Assembly: GCA_049968235.1 (NCBI GenBank) | Contig: JBMFRC010000004.1 | Span: 128,001-192,000 of the forward strand | Source: Candidatus Hydrogenedens sp. | GTDB lineage: Bacteria > Hydrogenedentota > Hydrogenedentia > Hydrogenedentales > Hydrogenedentaceae | Length of the DNA: 64,000 nucleotides | Reading direction: 5' to 3' | Part shown: positions 20,075-29,744 of the stretch, piece after piece | How the letters are laid out: each line of letters begins with the position of its first letter | How positions within the stretch are numbered: the stretch's first letter is position 1 | Made by a program: the position numbers and the translations under genes | The notes under the pieces: generated by a model | Database searches by the model: none | Told to the model about the DNA's origin: nothing | The model's input: the letters and a program-made list of their open reading frames with translations, nothing else

Positions 20075-20950
20075 TTAGGTTGTTTCTGCCAATTTTTTGT
20101 CATGTTTAATCCAGATAACACAGGAAATAGAAGTTAATACTATTATCATACCTGATATTAATTCAATGTTAAGTTTTAGTTTGTTGAGGAGAAGTTCAAG
20201 TAATGTAGTAAAAATGACCTGACTTAATCCTGTAATCGAGACCCACTGAGGTTTTCCTGTTCCATAGGCATATGTTAAAAATATCTGTCCCAATGTTCCA
20301 CTTAAACCTATTACCACGAGTAATACTCCATATTTTTCAAGAATTTCTACGAATGCAGGCATATCCGAATTTGAAAGATAGAATATACAAAAGGTTGTCA
20401 TTAAAGCAACTAAACTATAATGGCTGACAACAGTTATGGGGGTAATTAGTCCACAAAAACTTAAACTTACCATTGCAGACCCTGCACAGATTGCCCCTAA
20501 AAATGCTATAAAAATAGGGAAAAAATCACCTTTAAATTGTGGTTTTTCGATTAAATAAATACCTAAAAAAGTAGAAATAACAAATAACCAGAATAAAGAG
20601 GGTACCTTATCAGAAAATAGTATATACATAATGAGTGTAACCCAGATAGGGGTTGTTGCAGAAATTGTTACTGCATCGGTGGCGTTCATTCGTGATAAAG
20701 AATAAAAGGTACAGAGTAATGCGATAGTACCCAAAATACTTCGTAACCATAGGGAAAGTGAGGAAAATATTATTACTTTTTCTTTACGGATAAAAGCGAC
20801 TGTAACAACGAAAATAAATGTGGGAGCAATACGAAAAAAAGCAACGGTAGTCCATGAAAGGTTATTTCCAATCATGCTTCCACAAACAGCCATTATGGCA
20901 AAACAAAAAGCGGAACACAACATATAAAAGTATGGGGATAACAATTTCAT
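20075..20950 (-). CDS. EamA/DMT-family membrane transporter
   Basis: 291 aa, ~10 TM helices in two repeated halves. Confidence 0.55.
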   Translation of the reverse strand: MKLLSPYFYMLCSAFCFAIMAVCGSMIGNNLSWTTVAFFRIAPTFIFVVTVAFIRKEKVIIFSSLSLWLRSILGTIALLCTFYSLSRMNATDAVTISATTPIWVTLIMYILFSDKVPSLFWLFVISTFLGIYLIEKPQFKGDFFPIFIAFLGAICAGSAMVSLSFCGLITPITVVSHYSLVALMTTFCIFYLSNSDMPAFVEILEKYGVLLVVIGLSGTLGQIFLTYAYGTGKPQWVSITGLSQVIFTTLLELLLNKLKLNIELISGMIIVLTSISCVIWIKHDKKLAETT

Positions 20951-21015
20951 CTCTTTTCTGATATATGTTAATATACAACTACATGTTTAATAAGGGTATT
21001 TAAGAGAAAGATAAT

Positions 21016-21930
21016 ATGTGTTACGGTGAGTATATTTCAAAAAATGTTTCTGATTTGTTAGACAAAACTTTCAAAATGTTTTTGATTTTTTGTTTTGTAA
21101 TTCATTCTGGATGTGCGATATTTCATCAGAAAAAGGGGCATTTTACAACAAATCAAGGTATTTCTCTTCATTATGTAGAAAAAGGAGAAGGACAGCCCGT
21201 TATTTTAATTCATGGCATTTTAGCAAATGCTGACATTAACTGGCGATTTCCGGGGATTATTAATAGACTATCTAAAAATTTTTATGTTATTGCTTTTGAT
21301 TTAAGAGGACATGGGAAATCGGACAAACCACAAGGTAAAGAAATGTATGGAATCCAGTTAGTTAATGATGTTTGTAAGATTATGGACCATCTTAATATAG
21401 AAAAAGCACATGTTGTAGGGTATTCTCTTGGAGGATTTATTGCTTTAAAACTTGTAACCTGTTATCCCGAAAGAATTTATTCTGTAACAATTGCAGGGGC
21501 AGGATGGGAGAAATCTACACCGGAGAATTTAGATAGGTTGGAGAAAATATACACAGCAATGCGAAATAATAATGATTGTACTCCCTTGTTTGAACTCGTT
21601 GGTATGAGAAAACGGGGAGTGGAACGGATTTCTGTTGCAATTGGGAATTGGTATTTTCGTAGAACAAATGATCTGGATATTATTGCTGATTTGTTAGAGA
21701 GCACCCCGGATTTGGAGGTGAAAGAAGAGGATTTAAAAAACTGTAATGTACCTATATTGCTTATTGGGGGAACAGCAGACCCCATGTGTAAAACGATACC
21801 TGAATTGAATGATGCCCTACCTAATAGTCAGGTAGTTTGGATAAATAAAGGCACTCATCTCACCACCTTATTTAAAAAAGAATTTGTCAAATCTATTGAG
21901 AATTTTTTAATAAACAATAAACAACCATGA
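21016..21930 (+). CDS. Alpha/beta-fold hydrolase (secreted/lipoprotein-like)
   Basis: Nucleophile elbow GYSLGG, HG oxyanion motif (LIHGIL), N-terminal hydrophobic signal. Confidence 0.75.
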   Translation: MCYGEYISKNVSDLLDKTFKMFLIFCFVIHSGCAIFHQKKGHFTTNQGISLHYVEKGEGQPVILIHGILANADINWRFPGIINRLSKNFYVIAFDLRGHGKSDKPQGKEMYGIQLVNDVCKIMDHLNIEKAHVVGYSLGGFIALKLVTCYPERIYSVTIAGAGWEKSTPENLDRLEKIYTAMRNNNDCTPLFELVGMRKRGVERISVAIGNWYFRRTNDLDIIADLLESTPDLEVKEEDLKNCNVPILLIGGTADPMCKTIPELNDALPNSQVVWINKGTHLTTLFKKEFVKSIENFLINNKQP

Positions 21931-22823
21931 GGATGACTCCTATGAATATTCTATTTTTTATTTTGCTTGTTCTAATTGCACTTGTATTGATGTTTTTGGG
22001 TGTAGTTATATTTTTATTAAAATATCGAGTAAGAGGAGATTTCTTTAACTCTAATGGGTGTATGATTCATTATCGTATGGAAGGTAGTGGACCTCCATTA
22101 ATTCTTATTCATGGGTATGCTGTAAATGCGGATATTAACTGGAGATGGAATGGACTTATTCGTAAACTAAAAAAACACTTTACCACAATTTCTTTTGACC
22201 TTCGAGGGCATGGACTAAGTGATAAACCCACGCAACCGGGCAGTTATGGAATTGAAATGGCAAAAGATGTAATCCGACTCATGGATTATCTTAATATTTC
22301 AAAAGCATATATTATGGGTTATTCAATGGGGGGATTTACTACATTGAAACTGGTAACTATGTATCCGGAGCGAATAATTAAGGCTGTAGTAGGTGGGGCA
22401 GGTTTTGAAAAAGTAGATGGAGATAATGTTCGAATTTTAATGGAGTTGGTTGAATCGCTTGAAAAAGGTAAAGGCTATGCTCCCCTTACCAAGGCTTTGG
22501 AACCTGATAGAAAAGACCCGCCTGTATGGAAAACTAAACTGCTCGATTTTGGACTAAATATGTTATCGGATGCTCAGGCTATGGCAAATGTAATGAAACA
22601 GTTTCCTGAAATGGCAGTCTCTGAAGAGCAGTTAAAAAACAATCAAGTCCCTGTCCTTGCAATAGTAGGAACAAATGACCCTTTGAAAGCAGGTGTGATG
22701 GAAATGGAAAAATATTTAAGCAATGCCCGATTTATTTATTTGGAAGGAAGAGACCATATGACTGCGATGACGGGGACAAAATTTTATAACATTGCTCTTG
22801 AATTTTTACAAGAGAGGAAATAA
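21927..22823 (+). CDS. Alpha/beta-fold hydrolase, tandem paralog of preceding gene
   Basis: GYSMGG nucleophile elbow; ~50% identity to 21016..21930 over the core; N-terminal TM anchor; start overlaps previous stop. Confidence 0.75.
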   Translation: MRMTPMNILFFILLVLIALVLMFLGVVIFLLKYRVRGDFFNSNGCMIHYRMEGSGPPLILIHGYAVNADINWRWNGLIRKLKKHFTTISFDLRGHGLSDKPTQPGSYGIEMAKDVIRLMDYLNISKAYIMGYSMGGFTTLKLVTMYPERIIKAVVGGAGFEKVDGDNVRILMELVESLEKGKGYAPLTKALEPDRKDPPVWKTKLLDFGLNMLSDAQAMANVMKQFPEMAVSEEQLKNNQVPVLAIVGTNDPLKAGVMEMEKYLSNARFIYLEGRDHMTAMTGTKFYNIALEFLQERK

Positions 22824-22825
22824 AA

Positions 22826-23569
22826 CTATTTTTTATCAGAGCGTTTTGTAAATATAAAATAAAGGATGGTTTTAAGGATCCGGAAGGAGTCATAAAATTT
22901 GCGGAAATGGGAAGAGCGGTTTTTTTCTTCATAAATGGATGGTATGGGGATAGTTCCTATGTTTCTTTTTTGCTTTAAAGCCAGAAGTAGTATCCATGTT
23001 TCCGTTTCATATCTACCGGGGGGAATTTTTTCAATAATTTCTTGTGCAAATGAACGGGAATACAAACGGAAACCGCATTGTGTATCTGATAAAGGGCATT
23101 TTGCTAATATACGGAGAAGATATTGGGTTATGTAATTACCCAATTTGCTGGGTAAAGGTGTTTTTTCAGGGCTAAGGTCACGCTGTCCAATTATAATATC
23201 CGCTTTATTTTCCTTCCATTTCTCAATAAACAAAGGGAGTAATTCAGGAGCATGTTGGCCATCTGCGTCCATAAAACAAACTATTTCATATTGAGGAAGA
23301 TTTAAAACATGTTTTAATCCTTCGATAATAGCAAATCCTTTCCCTTTATTTACAGGGAAAGAAATAACAGATACAGGCATATTTAATACCGATGCAATGC
23401 AATTATCCGTAGAGCCATCGTCCACAATATAAATGTCTGCCGGAAATATTGTAACCGCTTTAATGACTTTTTCTAATCGGTTACCTGCGTTATAACATGG
23501 AATAATAACGGCTACATTATTTTTTTGTTTCATTGTATATTCTTGATTATATTCTTTGTTAATCTGCAT
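22826..23569 (-). CDS. GT2-family glycosyltransferase, polyprenyl-phosphate sugar synthase-like (DPM1/ArnC-like)
   Basis: VAVIIPCYNAGNRL, DDGSTDN, DADGQH motifs of GT-A/GT2 dolichyl-phosphate mannose synthase type. Confidence 0.75.
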   Translation of the reverse strand: MQINKEYNQEYTMKQKNNVAVIIPCYNAGNRLEKVIKAVTIFPADIYIVDDGSTDNCIASVLNMPVSVISFPVNKGKGFAIIEGLKHVLNLPQYEIVCFMDADGQHAPELLPLFIEKWKENKADIIIGQRDLSPEKTPLPSKLGNYITQYLLRILAKCPLSDTQCGFRLYSRSFAQEIIEKIPPGRYETETWILLLALKQKRNIGTIPIPSIYEEKNRSSHFRKFYDSFRILKTILYFIFTKRSDKK

Positions 23570-23628
23570 AAAGTTTTTCTTTTCATTTATGTTAACTATT
23601 ATAATTAAAATAAAAAAGGAAATGGCTT

Positions 23629-24027
23629 ATGACAATATTATTATCAATAATTACTTTAACGACCTTTACAGCGAATGCCATAGTTGTGGAGAAGGACAAA
23701 CCTATTGATTATGCTTATGCCATGTATGATAATTTTGATATGATTGACGCAAATGGAGATGACTTGATTACCTTACAGGAAGCACAGAGATTGATAGAAG
23801 GACTGGATTTAGAAATATTTCTTTCTTTTGATATAGATGGGAATCAACAACTATCCATGGAAGAATTGCAATCAGCCATAAAACAGTTGAGCACTTGTGG
23901 TTCTCAATTACAACGGGGTTGTTCTTGTGCTGTGAACAGGGTTGAAACATGGATAACTGATTTTATAACTATCCTCTTTTCAATGACTATTCTATTTTTT
24001 ATGAGCTCTTCAAGAAACATCAAATAA
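23629..24027 (+). CDS. Secreted EF-hand calcium-binding protein with C-terminal hydrophobic anchor
   Basis: Signal peptide; two EF-hand loops DANGDDLITLQE and DIDGNQQLSMEE; C-terminal TM segment. Confidence 0.5.
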   Translation: MTILLSIITLTTFTANAIVVEKDKPIDYAYAMYDNFDMIDANGDDLITLQEAQRLIEGLDLEIFLSFDIDGNQQLSMEELQSAIKQLSTCGSQLQRGCSCAVNRVETWITDFITILFSMTILFFMSSSRNIK

Positions 24028-25006
24028 ATTTTCGTGAGACTTTATCAATTTCGTCTATTTCTGCCTCAGAGAGGTGGAATTTGAATGTCCCCAGGTTTTG
24101 CATTGCTTGTTCTTTTCGAGTAGCACCGGGAATGGCGACAACGCGTTCCCCGTGAAAAGAAATTAACCAATTCAGAGCAACTTGAGAAGGAGTAGCCCCA
24201 TATCGTTCTGCAATTTTTTTTAATGTATCTATTACAGGTTTTGTTCGTTCAAGACCGGAGGGACGATAAAGGGGAAAATATTTTCGCCATCCTACTCGTG
24301 TTTTAATTAGTGATGGGTTTTCATGGAATTTTCCTGTTAAGAGTCCCTGTTCTAATGGTGAATAAGCAATAATAGTCATTCCTAATTCTTGTGCTGTTTT
24401 TAATATTCCATTTCGTTCAATTCTACGATTTAATAAACTGTAATGGACTTGATTTGAAACAAGAGGAAAACCTAATTTTTCCAGATGTGTGTAGGCACTT
24501 TTCATTTGCCTTGCGGAATAGTTGCTTACACCGGCAGAACGAATAATGCCTGCTTTTAACAAATCTGCCATAACTTCCATTTCTGTTTTTATTGACGAAA
24601 GGGATGTTGGAGAATGAATCTGATAAAGCGAAATTTTATATGGAGCCAGACGTTGAATTTGTTCTTCAATAGAATGGAGCATTCTTTTGGCTCTACGAGC
24701 AACAGGATGCCACTTCGTTGCGATTATTGTTTTTTCGACGGGAGCATTTATTTTTAGAAGTCCCTGAGAAACACATTTTTCGGAGGCACCCCATCCGTAC
24801 ATTTCTGCTGTGTCAAACCAGTTAATACCACCTTCCCAACTCACTTTTATAATCTCATCACTTGGGACTTCTTCAAGTGAGGGCCAGAACTTTCCCGCAA
24901 AGCCAATTCTGTTACTAAACTGCCAGCATCCCAACCCCAAAGGGGTAATTTGAATATCGCTTTCGCCTAATTGACGGAGTTTTATATCCATTTGTTTTTC
25001 CTTCAT
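24020..25006 (-). CDS. Aldo/keto reductase
   Basis: AKR fold motifs (GLGCWQF, catalytic tetrad region, IPGATRKEQ). Confidence 0.8.
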   Translation of the reverse strand: MKEKQMDIKLRQLGESDIQITPLGLGCWQFSNRIGFAGKFWPSLEEVPSDEIIKVSWEGGINWFDTAEMYGWGASEKCVSQGLLKINAPVEKTIIATKWHPVARRAKRMLHSIEEQIQRLAPYKISLYQIHSPTSLSSIKTEMEVMADLLKAGIIRSAGVSNYSARQMKSAYTHLEKLGFPLVSNQVHYSLLNRRIERNGILKTAQELGMTIIAYSPLEQGLLTGKFHENPSLIKTRVGWRKYFPLYRPSGLERTKPVIDTLKKIAERYGATPSQVALNWLISFHGERVVAIPGATRKEQAMQNLGTFKFHLSEAEIDEIDKVSRKFI

Positions 25007-26121
25007 TGTTGTGTAAGAATCTTTTGAATATCTATTTTTTGAAATACAATTTTTTCATAGGGGCTTTTTTCGCCACATTCAAATAGAATTCCTACTTCAT
25101 TTTCATTTATAGAATAAAGAGAGGAATATGCAGAGGGTCCTTCATACAACATTTTTTGATATTTCCATGTTTTCCCGAAATTGTCACTTATTTTGACTGT
25201 CATTTTTATTCTTTCTTTTTTATCTGCTGGATTTGAAAAAATCAAGTAGTCTCCATTTTTCGATGAATGTTTAATCAAACTTGCCTGGCATACAGGTTCG
25301 ATGAGCGCTAAATCGTAATCTAAATTAGTCCATGATACGCCGCCATCTTCACTCATGGAGGTAGCCCTACATGTATATTCTCTATTGTAATTTCTCATGT
25401 TAATAAGCAACTTATTGTCTGTTAATTCTACAACCTGACATTCATTGGTTTTAATACCTACGGGATTACTATATGACCATGTTTTTCCAGCATCATCTGA
25501 ATAGATAATGTGAGAATACCATTGTTTATCGTTTTTATTTGCATGGTCACAAGGAATAATAAGTCTGTTTTTATATTTATCCCCTGTCATTTGTATTCCT
25601 ATTCCCGGACCTGTAGCATACCAACTCCAGTCGGGATGTTTTGTTGTAGTTGTTATTTCGTCAGGTTTGGTCCATGTCTGTCCATTATCCGTAGAATAAG
25701 CAATAAATACACGGCGAGTATCTTTTGAAACGCCATTAATAATTTCTATTTCATTATCATCCCCCTGATTCCATGTCATCAGCATAATAATATTTCCTGT
25801 AGTTTTATCTATTACGGGGCAGGGGTTTCCGCAGGTATTCTTTTCATCATCCCACAAAAAATATATATTACTCCATGTTTTTCCATCATCTCGGGATAAT
25901 TTATAAATAAGGTCTATATCTCCTGCATCAGATACAGAAGTTTTTCTACCCTCACAGAAGGCAATTAATGTTCCGTCTTGTGCTTTAATTAAAGAAGGTA
26001 TTCTGTAAGTGTTGTATCCTCCTTCACCGGACTGAAAAACTGTGATGGATACTTCTTCTCCCCAAATAGAAAAAGGTAGAATAAATAACATTATCATGGT
26101 TAATTTAAAGATAATCTTCAT
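25003..26121 (-). CDS. Exo-alpha-sialidase (GH33), secreted
   Basis: Signal peptide, FRIP-type motif YRIPS, and five Asp-box/BNR repeats (SRDDGKTW, STDNGQTW, SDDAGKTW, SEDGGVSW, SDNFGKTW). Confidence 0.8.
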   Translation of the reverse strand: MKIIFKLTMIMLFILPFSIWGEEVSITVFQSGEGGYNTYRIPSLIKAQDGTLIAFCEGRKTSVSDAGDIDLIYKLSRDDGKTWSNIYFLWDDEKNTCGNPCPVIDKTTGNIIMLMTWNQGDDNEIEIINGVSKDTRRVFIAYSTDNGQTWTKPDEITTTTKHPDWSWYATGPGIGIQMTGDKYKNRLIIPCDHANKNDKQWYSHIIYSDDAGKTWSYSNPVGIKTNECQVVELTDNKLLINMRNYNREYTCRATSMSEDGGVSWTNLDYDLALIEPVCQASLIKHSSKNGDYLIFSNPADKKERIKMTVKISDNFGKTWKYQKMLYEGPSAYSSLYSINENEVGILFECGEKSPYEKIVFQKIDIQKILTQQ

Positions 26122-26151
26122 GGTGTTTCCTTTTTTTATATAGACACAAAA

Positions 26152-26178
26152 AATGGAGATGGTATCCCCATCTCCATT
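26152..26178. terminator. Rho-independent terminator for the minus-strand isomerase gene
   Basis: 11-bp inverted repeat aatggagatgg/ccatctccatt with 5-nt loop; on the minus strand followed by a U6 run. Confidence 0.5.
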
Positions 26179-26206
26179 CTACCTGAATATTGTGAAAGAA
26201 TAAAAC

Positions 26207-27193
26207 TTACTTTTTGGATGATAATTCTTTTGCAACTTCATCAAAATATTTTACACATTGAGAAATTTCAGGAAGAGAATTTTCCCAATTGTATTCGTAT
26301 TCGATTGAGAAAACGCCTTTAAATCCTTTTTGATATAGATATGTTAAGATGGCTTTCATATCTGCCTGTCCTGTGCCCCAGATAGTATCATGGGCTTCTC
26401 TATTGCCAAATTCATTTAAATCTTTAAGATGGAATGAAATAATTCTTTTATCTAAAGATTGAATTGCTTCAAGAGGTTTTATACCGGAACGCATCCAATG
26501 TCCAGTATCCGCACAGGAACCGATATTAAGGCTCACATTTTTTGTAACTTCCAGAACTTTTTTGTAATCCCAGTAAAGGGAAGGTTTGGGATGATTATGT
26601 ATAGCCACTCTTATACCATATTCCTGGGAAAGTTTATCTACTAACGGCATAGCATTGGGAGGCGGTTCGGAAACAATAGTTTCAATACCCATGGCTTTTG
26701 CAAAATCGAATACTTTTCGTGCTTCTGTTTCATCGTTAGGTAATCCTACGACACCATAGTTGACAAGTTTTACATTTGCAGATGCTAATTTTTCTTTTAC
26801 TTTTTGCTGAAGTTCTGGAGAGAGATTATGGTCGAATTTTACATCATCGGTCTCATTTGATAATTTTTGTCCGGGATATGCTTCAATGTAATGAAGCCCA
26901 ATTGACGAAACTTTATCAATGGCTTCAAAGAAGGTAAAACGATTGAAGGAATACGCCTGACATCCGATTTTCCAACCAATAGATTCTGCGTTCGGAGCAC
27001 CCCCTGTGTACAATTCAGTGTCTGCGTGGGAGATTTTTGTCCCTAACAAAACGACAGACATTAGTAATATTAACGATACAAAAAAGGAAAAAACAAAAAT
27101 GTTTTGCATATACGGACCCTTTCTTCTTATTTGTTTATATCTTATTTGAATAACCGATGGACTATTATGTTTCAAAAAAAAGTAAAAAATCAA
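26207..27193 (-). CDS. Sugar phosphate isomerase/epimerase (xylose isomerase-like TIM barrel), secreted or anchored; true start probably the internal Met near 27112
   Basis: TIM-barrel AP-endonuclease/xylose-isomerase-like pattern (IEAYPGQ, EPPPN, VAIHNHP, HLKD); hydrophobic N-terminal segment. Confidence 0.6.
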   Translation of the reverse strand: MIFYFFLKHNSPSVIQIRYKQIRRKGPYMQNIFVFSFFVSLILLMSVVLLGTKISHADTELYTGGAPNAESIGWKIGCQAYSFNRFTFFEAIDKVSSIGLHYIEAYPGQKLSNETDDVKFDHNLSPELQQKVKEKLASANVKLVNYGVVGLPNDETEARKVFDFAKAMGIETIVSEPPPNAMPLVDKLSQEYGIRVAIHNHPKPSLYWDYKKVLEVTKNVSLNIGSCADTGHWMRSGIKPLEAIQSLDKRIISFHLKDLNEFGNREAHDTIWGTGQADMKAILTYLYQKGFKGVFSIEYEYNWENSLPEISQCVKYFDEVAKELSSKK

Positions 27194-27208
27194 TTTTGTA
27201 GTTTCACT

Positions 27209-27970
27209 TTATATAGGTCGTTGTTTTTGAGATATAATTCTAACAGAGGCAGAAATCACCCGAAATAACCTGTCCTCTTTTGTATTTTTGTTTTTTTTAT
27301 TTTTTAAATGCTGGTAAACTTTAAATATCATTGTCTTTTCTTGAGGAGTAAGCATTTCTACCTTATTATTCCATACCTTATTCAAGCCAGAAACGAGTAA
27401 ATTTCTCAATTGTAAGTATACAGGTTCTGACCTGATTGTCGTTTCTATTTCTTCATCTGATTTTGGGAAAATAGATTGTTCATATTTTCCGTCTTTTACT
27501 GTTTCTTCTGATGAAGATTTCATACTAATAATTATCTGTGATAGTTCACCCAAACTCAGTTCTCCCCATTTTTCTGCGGTAGTTTCGAGGACTATCTCTG
27601 CTAACCTGTTATCTTTGACCTCTTTTTCATTGAGAAGTTCTTGTTCCTCTTTTGTAAGTGAAATATCAGGAAGTATTGGTTCCTCGGACTTAGAACTTAA
27701 AAGAAGTTCTTGGTATTCTTTTTGCAACTGCTGAAGATTTATGATTCTTCCCTGAAGGATTCTTCGTGTTTCTATGAGTGAATCTTCTAAATGTTCAATA
27801 ATACTCATCCAGCGATCATAATTTTCCGTTTCTTCTTTAAAACGCTGGTCTGCCTTACTAAGCAATTCATTAATTTTTTTTATTGCCTCGTTGTCTTTAT
27901 TAATTAAACCTTTTAGTTTTTCTATTTCATTACTTATTTTGGCTAATATATTTTTTTTGTCTTCTGGCAT
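27209..27970 (-). CDS. Hypothetical coiled-coil protein
   Basis: 253 aa, highly charged, heptad-like E/K/L-rich sequence; no recognisable catalytic motif. Confidence 0.4.
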   Translation of the reverse strand: MPEDKKNILAKISNEIEKLKGLINKDNEAIKKINELLSKADQRFKEETENYDRWMSIIEHLEDSLIETRRILQGRIINLQQLQKEYQELLLSSKSEEPILPDISLTKEEQELLNEKEVKDNRLAEIVLETTAEKWGELSLGELSQIIISMKSSSEETVKDGKYEQSIFPKSDEEIETTIRSEPVYLQLRNLLVSGLNKVWNNKVEMLTPQEKTMIFKVYQHLKNKKNKNTKEDRLFRVISASVRIISQKQRPI

Positions 27971-27995
27971 TTACCAGACCTCAATCCTTTTTATA

Positions 27996-28271
27996 TTAAT
28001 AGCGTATCTCAAAATTATTATATTTTTCATCGCCTTCTTCCCATTGGACATCAATTTTAGAGACATAGGCACCTGAGGGACCTTTCCGACACCATGAAAG
28101 CATTTCATCTATCTTTTCACGAGAACCTTCAAAAACAGCCTCTACACTTCCATCGTTTTTATTATGGACCCAACCTGTAATACCTAATTGCAAAGCCTTT
28201 CGATAAGTCGAGTATCTATACCCAACTCCTTGAACAATACCATAAATTACGATGTAAACTCTGGATTTCAC
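27996..28271 (-). CDS. Acylphosphatase
   Basis: VQGVGYRYST...GWV.N..DGSVE signature; 91 aa; start overlaps upstream gene by 4 nt. Confidence 0.8.
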   Translation of the reverse strand: MKSRVYIVIYGIVQGVGYRYSTYRKALQLGITGWVHNKNDGSVEAVFEGSREKIDEMLSWCRKGPSGAYVSKIDVQWEEGDEKYNNFEIRY

Positions 28272-29626
28272 AGTTCTCCTTTTAATTTAATATATTTTTC
28301 ACGGTAGGTTGGTAAGGTAACACCGACAGCGGCACGAGAGCCTTCAAAGGCAACATCAATATCTCTGCTTTCTATAGATGAGGGTAAAATTTTTAACAAA
28401 TTTTTATCACCCAATTTGAAAATAAGGTAACAGATTTCTTTCCTTACATTTGTAGTTCCTTCTCTCATTAATTCCTGATATTGAGGTAAAAGTGTAGGGT
28501 CTCCCCCCTGATATAAGGCGGTAATTGCCTTTGCTCGATAAATAAGATTTACATCAGTAGGATTTTCTCTTCGAGTAAGTCTTGCTCTTAAGAATTGTTG
28601 GGCTTTCCATTCTTGTACCTTTGCTAGAATAAGAGCAATTTCGGGGCGAAGCGTTATTTGTTCCTCATATAGTTGGGAAAGGAGGGATTTACCTTGAGGT
28701 TCTTTAAGATAGAACAGGGCTTTAATGGCTCTATATCTTGCCATGCCCTCTAATCGTGGGAGAAGTTGAAGTAGTTGTTCACGAATATCATCACCCCCGA
28801 GTGTAACGAGAGCATAAACCGCCGATTCAGATTTTTCTTCGTTTTGTGATATTAACATTTCTAAAAGTTTTGGGATAATTTCTCGGACACCTAAATAGGC
28901 TAATGCGCGTGCGGAAGGTCCACTAATTTCACCTGAACGGTCTTGTAACATATTCATCAATGATGGTATGCCATCACGATAGCCCATCAGACCACTTAAA
29001 ATAGCGGACTGAATTCGAACGGACCTGTTTCCATGTTCTAATCCGCTACGAAGCAACGCAGTTGGAACTTGATTTCCTGTTAGATACATACCTTTTGCGG
29101 AGACCAATTGTGTTGTTATCTCATTTGAAGAAAGTAGTTTTTGTAAATATTCATTGGCTTCTTGAGAACCATGTAATACTAATAAGACTGCACATTCTAC
29201 TTTCAGGTCCTGGTTCCCTTCGGAAGATTTGAATATTTCATCCAATCTACTCCATGCTCTTTCTACTGTTACCTTGTCTTCTGTTCTAAGTGTAACTCCG
29301 GGTGAAAGTTGAATAGATGGCTTTTCTTTCTTTTCTGTTTGTACTATAATCTCTGCAATTTGGTCTAACCGATAAGTTACCCTATCTTCTTTTTCTGTCT
29401 CAAAAGCAAGATATTGGTCATGTATTTCTACGAGTTGAAGGTTTACATCTTTTGCTCCTGAGTTCTTTATTATTACGGTTATGAGATTATTTGAATTTAA
29501 TAGTTCATTTAAGGATTTTCCTCCCGTTATTTTTATATCTTCAGCAAGAATTGATAGAGATGTGATACATAAAATTACAAATAGAGTTCCTAACATTATT
29601 TTTTTTAGGTTCCTTATATTGTCCAT
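28268..29626 (-). CDS. Secreted HEAT/PBS-lyase-repeat protein
   Basis: Signal peptide; repeated ~30-aa alpha-helical HEAT-like units (…VRIQSAILSGLMGYRDGIPSLMNML…). Confidence 0.5.
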   Translation of the reverse strand: MDNIRNLKKIMLGTLFVILCITSLSILAEDIKITGGKSLNELLNSNNLITVIIKNSGAKDVNLQLVEIHDQYLAFETEKEDRVTYRLDQIAEIIVQTEKKEKPSIQLSPGVTLRTEDKVTVERAWSRLDEIFKSSEGNQDLKVECAVLLVLHGSQEANEYLQKLLSSNEITTQLVSAKGMYLTGNQVPTALLRSGLEHGNRSVRIQSAILSGLMGYRDGIPSLMNMLQDRSGEISGPSARALAYLGVREIIPKLLEMLISQNEEKSESAVYALVTLGGDDIREQLLQLLPRLEGMARYRAIKALFYLKEPQGKSLLSQLYEEQITLRPEIALILAKVQEWKAQQFLRARLTRRENPTDVNLIYRAKAITALYQGGDPTLLPQYQELMREGTTNVRKEICYLIFKLGDKNLLKILPSSIESRDIDVAFEGSRAAVGVTLPTYREKYIKLKGEL

Positions 29627-29744
29627 AACATTCCTTTCTTTATTTACATCTAAAAATTATTATAAGCATATTATAGATTAATTATCTCATGAATGGATAA
29701 CATACCCATAGTTCTAACTGTTTTATAAAGGGTGAAATAGATTT

